In this document: positions 58,020-64,000 of the stretch, piece by piece
Numbering within the stretch: the first letter of the stretch is position 1
How the letters are laid out: each line of letters starts with the position of its first letter
DNA from: a virus
Taxonomy: Duplodnaviria; Caudoviricetes
Virus record (IMG/VR): IMGVR_UViG_3300027857_000018
Span: 294-64,293 of that record
Reading direction: 5' to 3' (one strand)
DNA length: 64,000 bases
Position numbers and translations under genes: made by a program
The notes under the pieces: model-generated
Seen by the model: the letters and a program-made list of their open reading frames with translations, nothing else
What the model was told of the DNA's origin: nothing
Databases searched by the model: none

Positions 58020-58338
58020 GTTCAGCGCGCTCGCTCATCTGTTCCGCCAGCAAGTCCGTCTCGGCAGCCGCTGCCGACTGGCGTACGGCCTCAATCGTCC
58101 GTATCGCCTTCACACTGCGATAGACCCGCGCCTGCAGGTCCATGATCACTCGATGATCGCCAAGATCGGCCTCCGCGAACTCCAGCAGCGCCAGTTCCGC
58201 GTCGCGCTTGTACGCCGCGTAGATGACCGCCAGCGGACGGCTCTCGCGCAGTTCCGCCTCGAAATCGATGCCGAGGCGGACGGCTTGTAGGCGCGCATCG
58301 TTGGCGATCTGTTCGGAGAGGCGTGCGTCGGGGGTCAC
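58012..58338 (-). CDS. Small helical head-module protein
   Basis: Between portal and scaffold. Confidence 0.65.
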   Translation of the reverse strand: MTPDARLSEQIANDARLQAVRLGIDFEAELRESRPLAVIYAAYKRDAELALLEFAEADLGDHRVIMDLQARVYRSVKAIRTIEAVRQSAAAAETDLLAEQMSERAEHE

Positions 58339-58520
58339 AACCGTTCGTTCACAAAATCAATAATGCACCGCCGCAACTCATCCTCGGAGAAATCCCCGCC
58401 TTCGCCCGACGGCCGATAGATGCGAATCTTGCCCATGCCGAGGTCGGTCATGATGACGCGGCCGGGGCCGTCGCCAAGGACCATGCGCGGTGCAAGGATG
58501 GGAATGTCAGGCGGGAACAT
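58335..58520 (-). CDS. Hypothetical protein (MFPPDIP...)
   Basis: Overlaps the portal stop; homolog truncated by window edge at 1..103. Confidence 0.55.
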   Translation of the reverse strand: MFPPDIPILAPRMVLGDGPGRVIMTDLGMGKIRIYRPSGEGGDFSEDELRRCIIDFVNERL

Positions 58521-60699
58521 GCGGCGCCCCCTGCGGCTTTCCAACCACCACCGGCTGCGGATGCATGGCCTCATGCTGCCGCGCCACATGCTGCCCGAAC
58601 AGATCGGCAGTATGGCCCAGCAGCGCGCGGAATGTCTCGGCTTTCTCGCTCATCTGCGTGCGCTGCATTTCCAACTGGTCGCTCCTGGCATCCGCCTGTG
58701 CCGCGATCTGCCTCTCCTGGATCTTGCCCTGTGCCGCGATCTGGGCTGCCTGTACGCGTGCCTGCGCTGTTTGCTGGGCAATCTGCGGGTTTTGGCCGCC
58801 TTTCTCTCCCTGCTGCATCGCCTGGATCGCCTTCTGGAAGTCGAACCCAGGCACCACGAACCGATCGCCATCCTTGTAGCCTGCCAGCGCGAACACCTCG
58901 TGCAGTACTTCCTCGAAGTTGATGCCCTGCGCCAGCACGGGCCCGAAGAACTTCTGCAGGGATTCAGCTGCCATCAGGAAGTTGCGCATCTTGATCGCCG
59001 GGTTGGTCGCGCCGATCCCGACATTCACCTTGACCGTCGCGTCCTCATCCAGCAACGCATCGGTGACAGCCGAGATGCCGTACTTTTGCTCGATCTTGGC
59101 GCGTTTGCCGCAGATGGCGAGCACCGTCTGGTCTGTCTCATAGGCCCGGATCAGATGCACCAACTGCCGCAACAATGGCTCAACGAAACTCTCGGCGAAT
59201 ACCCGCAGTTCGTACTCGTTCATCCCGGACGCCTGCCCCGACATCAGGTGCATGCCAGTCGCCGACTGTTCCTGGATCTGGGTCGATTGGACGGATGAGT
59301 TCGAGAAATCCCCCACCAGTTCGTCAAAGTCGAGATTGATCCGATCCTGTTCGGCGTATGCCGCTTGCGATGGCTCCGGCGGACGGTCCCACACGATGTC
59401 CGTCTGCGGGTCCTTGGTGACGACGACCTTCCCAGGGATGAACGTCCGCACGTCCACGACCTCGATGCCGACGCCCTGCTTGATGAACTGCCGCGGCATC
59501 AGCGACATTTTCATCTGATCAAAGCGCAGGTTCCAGTCGTCATTCGTCGCCCGCTGCAGATCGCGCACGAGCTCGATCTTGCTCGCTGGGTATGTCTTGT
59601 GCGTCTCCACCACCACGAAGCCGATCGTGAATGGCCGCATGCCGTGGAGGTAGACTTCCTCCAATGGCCGCGGATTGGTCAGCATCGCCGCCTGCCGGCC
59701 AAGCGTGTAGAAATGCCAGTCCCGTCCGCCCCAGCGGATGATGTTCTCGTGCACCCAGACGATATCGAAGTCCTTGGGCTTCCACGCGTCGTGGTCCTTG
59801 CCCGGCACGCGTCCCGGCTCGCGTGCCCGTCGCGTTGTGTCATCGTCGATGTCCGTCGCCGATCGCATGGCGGAGTCCGGCATCGGGAACCACTCGCCCT
59901 TGTCCATCATCTCGCGCACGTCGGAGACATACATTGCGATCTGATAGATGAGGTAGGGCGATGCTTCGACGACATTGCGCCAGTCAGCGCCGGGTTCGAA
60001 GCGGATATTTTCCATCGGGATCAGGTCGACAACGGGCTTGTCGTGGACCTTCTCAATGTCGTCCTCTTCGCGGATCTGGATCTGGCCATCCGCGCCGCGC
60101 AGCATCGCGCCCGTGTGGGGGTCGATCGCCGGCACGATCCGCGGGCCATGGTTGACCTCCTCGTACTTCCAGTAGGCTTTCGCCGCACACAAACCCATGA
60201 CCTCGCCATCCTGGCGCGCACCGACCAGGGTGAGGAACCACGGAATACCGCCCTCGCCCGTCGGCTTGGTCAGGCGGTATTGGAGCAGTTCTTGAAGGAC
60301 GGCGGCGCTTGCGACCTGTTCCTTGTTATCCTCGTCAGCGGGCTGGATGTTGACGACGTCCTCGTTAGAAAAGAACGCCGCCGCCGTCTGCGCCTCCGAC
60401 TTCCGCACCATGGCTCTCGACTTCGGCCGGAACAGCGTCGTGCGATGGCCGTATTCGCGCGAGTAGTACTTGCTGTCGATCGAATGCAAGGATTGGAAGG
60501 CGCGGAGGCTTTCGGTCCAGCGGGCGCGTTTGCCACTGTTGACCCAGTTGGTTGACGCTTCGTAGCAGTCGCGCGCGAGCTTCTGTCCTTCCTCGGGGGA
60601 AAGATAGCCACGGCGCGCGCCTCGATCGCCAGGAGCATCGGGTTCCCACCCTCCCGGACCATCCTGGATAGAGGGAGGCGTGAGTTCGCCGTCAGGCAT
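58507..60699 (-). CDS. Portal protein (copy B)
   Basis: 730 aa, a handful of substitutions versus copy A. Confidence 0.88.
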   Translation of the reverse strand: MPDGELTPPSIQDGPGGWEPDAPGDRGARRGYLSPEEGQKLARDCYEASTNWVNSGKRARWTESLRAFQSLHSIDSKYYSREYGHRTTLFRPKSRAMVRKSEAQTAAAFFSNEDVVNIQPADEDNKEQVASAAVLQELLQYRLTKPTGEGGIPWFLTLVGARQDGEVMGLCAAKAYWKYEEVNHGPRIVPAIDPHTGAMLRGADGQIQIREEDDIEKVHDKPVVDLIPMENIRFEPGADWRNVVEASPYLIYQIAMYVSDVREMMDKGEWFPMPDSAMRSATDIDDDTTRRAREPGRVPGKDHDAWKPKDFDIVWVHENIIRWGGRDWHFYTLGRQAAMLTNPRPLEEVYLHGMRPFTIGFVVVETHKTYPASKIELVRDLQRATNDDWNLRFDQMKMSLMPRQFIKQGVGIEVVDVRTFIPGKVVVTKDPQTDIVWDRPPEPSQAAYAEQDRINLDFDELVGDFSNSSVQSTQIQEQSATGMHLMSGQASGMNEYELRVFAESFVEPLLRQLVHLIRAYETDQTVLAICGKRAKIEQKYGISAVTDALLDEDATVKVNVGIGATNPAIKMRNFLMAAESLQKFFGPVLAQGINFEEVLHEVFALAGYKDGDRFVVPGFDFQKAIQAMQQGEKGGQNPQIAQQTAQARVQAAQIAAQGKIQERQIAAQADARSDQLEMQRTQMSEKAETFRALLGHTADLFGQHVARQHEAMHPQPVVVGKPQGAPHVPA

Positions 60700-60708
60700 T
60701 TGCCACCG

Positions 60709-60996
60709 TCACAGCCACCCCACAACAAATACCCCATCCCCTGGAATCTCGGTCATCAGCACCAACCCCGTCGCCGAGAAAATGCCCGTCGGATCGCCGT
60801 CCGTGTCCTTCAATCCGCTACCGTCCACATAATTGGTCGGCCACAGATTGTTCATGAGCATGGTCGTGCCAGGCGAGGTCGCGTCGTTGAACCAAAAGTC
60901 GTTGAGGTACGGCTGCGTGGTCACCGAAAACGAGGTAATCGTCGCGGTTCCCAACACGACCAGACTTTGACCTGTGAATGTCCCGGAACCAGCCAT
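60709..60996 (-). CDS. Homolog of 2994..3281
   Basis: Identical protein. Confidence 0.7.
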   Translation of the reverse strand: MAGSGTFTGQSLVVLGTATITSFSVTTQPYLNDFWFNDATSPGTTMLMNNLWPTNYVDGSGLKDTDGDPTGIFSATGLVLMTEIPGDGVFVVGWL

Positions 60997-61022
60997 GTCA
61001 GCCTCCTGCGTGAAAGGCTGTG

Positions 61023-61304
61023 CTAGGCCCCGCCCACCGTCGCCGTGCCTGTCGTCTGCACCGTGACGCCAACCCTGCACACGAGCCCGACGGGCGTTGC
61101 CGGGCCGCCGTACTTGAAGCCGCCCGGCGTCACGTAATCGGACGGCCAGATGCAGTTCGAGAGCTCAGCATCCCCGGGCGATGCACAGTCATGCACGCTC
61201 GCCGGAACCGTCGTTGGCGTCACCGTGTGCGAGAAACTGGTGATCGTCGCGGTGCCGGTCACGATCGTCGATTTCGGACCTTTGGTCGTGCCATTCCAGG
61301 CCAT
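61023..61304 (-). CDS. Homolog of 3308..3589
   Basis: Near-identical protein. Confidence 0.7.
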   Translation of the reverse strand: MAWNGTTKGPKSTIVTGTATITSFSHTVTPTTVPASVHDCASPGDAELSNCIWPSDYVTPGGFKYGGPATPVGLVCRVGVTVQTTGTATVGGA

Positions 61305-61681
61305 TAGTGTCGGCTCCTTTCCACAATCCCCTCCAGCCGCACGCCATGCTCGATCGCCAACATGCGCCAGCGCTCAGGCGCTCGATCCCGCGGGAGCCCA
61401 TAGCGCTCGAGGATCTCGCCGCCAGCCTGCATCACGCGCTGATGCGCACCTGGCGCCATGAGCGTCGCCAAGTGCAGCAGGTAGCCGTACCCATTCACGT
61501 CCGGATCATCCTCGACCATCAGCCGAATCGTGACCGTGCCGCCGTCGTATGAAACGCCCACCGCCCAGTCATAGCCAGGGTAGTGCTTGGTCAGGTCCTG
61601 CCCGACGGCGAGGCACATGTCCTGCTCGGTGAGGGCGTGTTCGCCGTAGGATTGGAGGTCGATGGAGAGGGTGTCGGTCAC
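61304..61681 (-). CDS. Homolog of 3589..3966
   Basis: Near-identical protein. Confidence 0.75.
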   Translation of the reverse strand: MTDTLSIDLQSYGEHALTEQDMCLAVGQDLTKHYPGYDWAVGVSYDGGTVTIRLMVEDDPDVNGYGYLLHLATLMAPGAHQRVMQAGGEILERYGLPRDRAPERWRMLAIEHGVRLEGIVERSRH

Positions 61682-61953
61682 GGCATTTCCACCACGCCAC
61701 GCAGCCGTTGCCGGAGCCTGCTAGCGATCTTGTCTGCCATCTCCACCGTCATGTCGGCGCCGATGGCATCGTCCTCCGACATCATCTCGTAAATGATCTT
61801 GGAAATTGCCTGTTCCGACAGATCAAGCGCTGTCGAATGATAAGGCTTGCCTCCCCAATACCACCAGTTTTCACCGCCAGCAATGAGTCCTTGGCTGCTC
61901 TCCGTTACGATGGCAACCGGCTTCATCAAGGATTGCGGTTCGCGCCAGACCAT
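61678..61953 (-). CDS. Homolog of 3963..4238
   Basis: Similar protein. Confidence 0.7.
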   Translation of the reverse strand: MVWREPQSLMKPVAIVTESSQGLIAGGENWWYWGGKPYHSTALDLSEQAISKIIYEMMSEDDAIGADMTVEMADKIASRLRQRLRGVVEMP

Positions 61954-62033
61954 CTATTTGCCTATCAGCGACCAAGCCACCAGCAAAAAGCCGAAGCAGG
62001 CCATTGCGCCAATCGCTATTCCCACAAAGTGCA

Positions 62034-62354
62034 TCAGTCCCACGCCAGCGAGAACGTGCCGCCGCCGCTCGCGAACGACAGCCCAGCGAACAGCGGCCAA
62101 TCCAACGTCGTCACGGCGCCTACCGCCATGCCGCCAGAACCCACGCTCCAGATCGTACCGGACCCCGAGGCCGTGGACGTGCTGTCGTTGATGTAGGCGG
62201 CGGCCGTGTTGGTCGCGACGCAGACGATCTTGCGGAAGTAGCCCAGCGGCATGGACGCAGGCGAAACGCTGCCCGGGGCCTTCAGCGCCGCAACGTTCGT
62301 GGAGACACTGTTGAGCGTCGCATTGGCGCCTATAACCCGGACATCAGCCGTCAT
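62034..62354 (-). CDS. Homolog of 4319..4639
   Basis: Identical protein. Confidence 0.75.
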   Translation of the reverse strand: MTADVRVIGANATLNSVSTNVAALKAPGSVSPASMPLGYFRKIVCVATNTAAAYINDSTSTASGSGTIWSVGSGGMAVGAVTTLDWPLFAGLSFASGGGTFSLAWD

Positions 62355-62655
62355 GCCGTGTCTCCGGCGAAAGTGTTCCGGCGGTCGTGACAGGTTCGGC
62401 AGAGGATGGAGGCTCTGTCGGCACTACCATCCCCGCATCCCCCACTGGGGACAGCGGCTCCTGCGCGAACTGGCTCGGCGCCGGTTCGGGCGCTACGGTG
62501 GCCGCAGCAGCGCCAGCCATCGCGCGGAACGTGTTGCGCCCCATCTCGACGCCCGCGTCTTCGTCTGGGTGCGTGTCCCAGTTGCGAATACGATTGCCGA
62601 GCGAGTGGAGCGCCTCAAACGCGGCGCGGGCCATGGCTTCGATGTCGAGGGTCAC
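62344..62655 (-). CDS. Homolog of 4629..4922
   Basis: Six residues longer. Confidence 0.7.
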   Translation of the reverse strand: MTLDIEAMARAAFEALHSLGNRIRNWDTHPDEDAGVEMGRNTFRAMAGAAAATVAPEPAPSQFAQEPLSPVGDAGMVVPTEPPSSAEPVTTAGTLSPETRHDG

Positions 62656-62951
62656 TTATGCCCCCTGAACCCGAACTCGCCCCGATCCGTCTTCATCTTC
62701 GCGACCTTTCCTGGCGGGTGTTTCAGCGGCGACGCGGCTGGGATGGCGGTGAGCTTGTGCAGCTTGCGATCCGCCTTGGCGTCGATCTTGTGCTCTTCGG
62801 CGGTGGACATGCGGCCGGCTTTCACCGCCTGCGTGGCGCGTGCCTTCGCATTGGCTGCATGGCTGGCGTCGGGTATCGGGTACGAGCGGTCGGGCCCGGC
62901 GAATGTCGAGGCCGGAAGCTTCGCCCGCGCCTTGGTGGTGAGAACTGCCAT
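62652..62951 (-). CDS. Homolog of 4919..5221 (DUF6582-like)
   Basis: Near-identical protein. Confidence 0.7.
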   Translation of the reverse strand: MAVLTTKARAKLPASTFAGPDRSYPIPDASHAANAKARATQAVKAGRMSTAEEHKIDAKADRKLHKLTAIPAASPLKHPPGKVAKMKTDRGEFGFRGHK

Positions 62952-63262
62952 TAATCCGCCCTTCCCTGCCGCACAAACCCATCCCGCATCGGCTCGGCCT
63001 TGTGCGCCTTCATGCGCCGATGCGCCGTGCTCTTGCTCGTGCCGAATTCTTTGGCCACGCTCGCGATCGTCTGGCCTGCCGCATGGCGTTCGGTCATGTG
63101 GTGGCCTTGCGGGGTGGGCTTGGCCGCCTTCGGCAGTTTCCCCCCCGGATCGGCGTTGGCGAATTCCTGTCCCACCTTCTTCGGAATGCCTAGCGTCGAA
63201 TGGCCATGCGCTGCTGCCTCCATGGCGCGGCGCTGCTTCTCGGAGACGGGTGGCATCGGCAA
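62951..63262 (-). CDS. Homolog of 5444..5755
   Basis: Near-identical protein. Confidence 0.7.
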   Translation of the reverse strand: MPMPPVSEKQRRAMEAAAHGHSTLGIPKKVGQEFANADPGGKLPKAAKPTPQGHHMTERHAAGQTIASVAKEFGTSKSTAHRRMKAHKAEPMRDGFVRQGRAD

Positions 63263-63409
63263 CTCCTATCCAAACGAGCCTTTTATTGTTTCGCCTCGGA
63301 CATGCTCGGGTCCGGCGAGGGCCAAGCTAGGGTCTTAACGCCTATACGGGGCAGCCACGGCTTGCCGCGCATCCCGTTCAGTACTCCCCTGCTGACATAG
63401 GCCACACCC

Positions 63410-63619
63410 CTATGCCGATTCGCTGTCCCTCTCGACTCGTCGCCGTGCCGCAGCTGTAGGCGTATGCACCGGCCGTAGCGTTGCTGCCATCTCGCGCCCA
63501 TGCTGCAGCGCGCCTCTCTCGTCCGGAAACGCCATCTCCCAGAGGCTTGAGAAGCCGTCATCCCACTCGATAAGGACGCCCCAGCCGCCACGATCGTGGA
63601 AGGTGGTGATCTTGGTCAT
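63410..63619 (-). CDS. Homolog of 5903..6112
   Basis: Similar protein. Confidence 0.65.
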   Translation of the reverse strand: MTKITTFHDRGGWGVLIEWDDGFSSLWEMAFPDERGALQHGREMAATLRPVHTPTAAARRRVERDSESA

Positions 63620-64000
63620 CGATCCGCATAAACTGGCGGCGTCGTATCCTCGGCCGAATAGAGCGCCGGGGGTACGATCTCCATGTCGTAGATCCGGGAC
63701 GTAGCGTCGATCAGGTCCTTTCTCTCGCCAAACGGAAACGTCCTGTACTCCTCGATCAGCGCCAGCGTCACGTCATAGATCCGCCCGTCCTGGTCCGTCG
63801 AGCGAATCGCCTTCGCGACGAGGTCTGCCGAGCCGGCCTGCACCGTCGCCATCTGCAGCTTCGTCAGCCCCTCCACCGGGCGAAATTCAATCTCCCCGAA
63901 CAGCTTCGACTCCTGGTCCGTCTCAACCCGCCACACCGCAGGCTTGCCATCATGCCACACGGCCAGCGGCAGATAGAAACGCGAATTGCGGAAGTCCGGT
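63616..64000 (-). CDS. terL: Terminase large subunit, 3' part (copy B, cut by window edge)
   Basis: C-terminal protein identical to 6109..6493. Confidence 0.9.
   Translation of the reverse strand, partial: PDFRNSRFYLPLAVWHDGKPAVWRVETDQESKLFGEIEFRPVEGLTKLQMATVQAGSADLVAKAIRSTDQDGRIYDVTLALIEEYRTFPFGERKDLIDATSRIYDMEIVPPALYSAEDTTPPVYADR

Larger units (their letters stand above)
1..64000. mobile_element. Tailed dsDNA phage (podovirus-like), one full genome unit plus about 6 kb of a related second copy
   Basis: Terminase, portal, scaffold, capsid, adaptor, nozzle, ejection proteins, tail spikes, endolysin/holin and primase-helicase are in phage order. No tape measure or tail tube gene and no host housekeeping gene recognised. 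Confidence 0.95.
58418..64000. repeat. Copy B of long diverged direct repeat
   Basis: Colinear with 1..6493 but lacking the GIY-YIG gene and the 74-aa gene. Confidence 0.95.

Noticed and set aside
58418-64000. Simple direct terminal repeat or circular-assembly overlap
   Set aside because: The copies differ at many positions and in gene content, so they are not an exact overlap.

Overview
The window is entirely phage DNA. It holds one complete genome unit of about 57.5-58.4 kb from a tailed, podovirus-like phage, probably of an alphaproteobacterial host (GcrA-like and DUF6362-like genes). A second, diverged copy of the portal-terminase region is also present: 1..6493 is homologous to 58418..64000, with mostly synonymous changes and gene-content differences. 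Modules are packaging, head, adaptor/nozzle/ejection proteins, tail spikes, lysis, a rightward early arm (bL12-like, RecT-like) and a leftward replication arm (primase-helicase). No integrase, cI-like repressor or host gene was recognised. The main result is that the major capsid protein gene (56747->53379, minus strand) is split into six exons (114, 39, 666, 48, 43, 77 nt) by five group I introns. Two introns carry homing endonucleases (LAGLIDADG, HNH) and one appears to end in A rather than the usual omega-G. Splicing rebuilds an uninterrupted 328-aa N4-gp56-like capsid protein. All assignments come from reading motifs by eye; no database searches were run.
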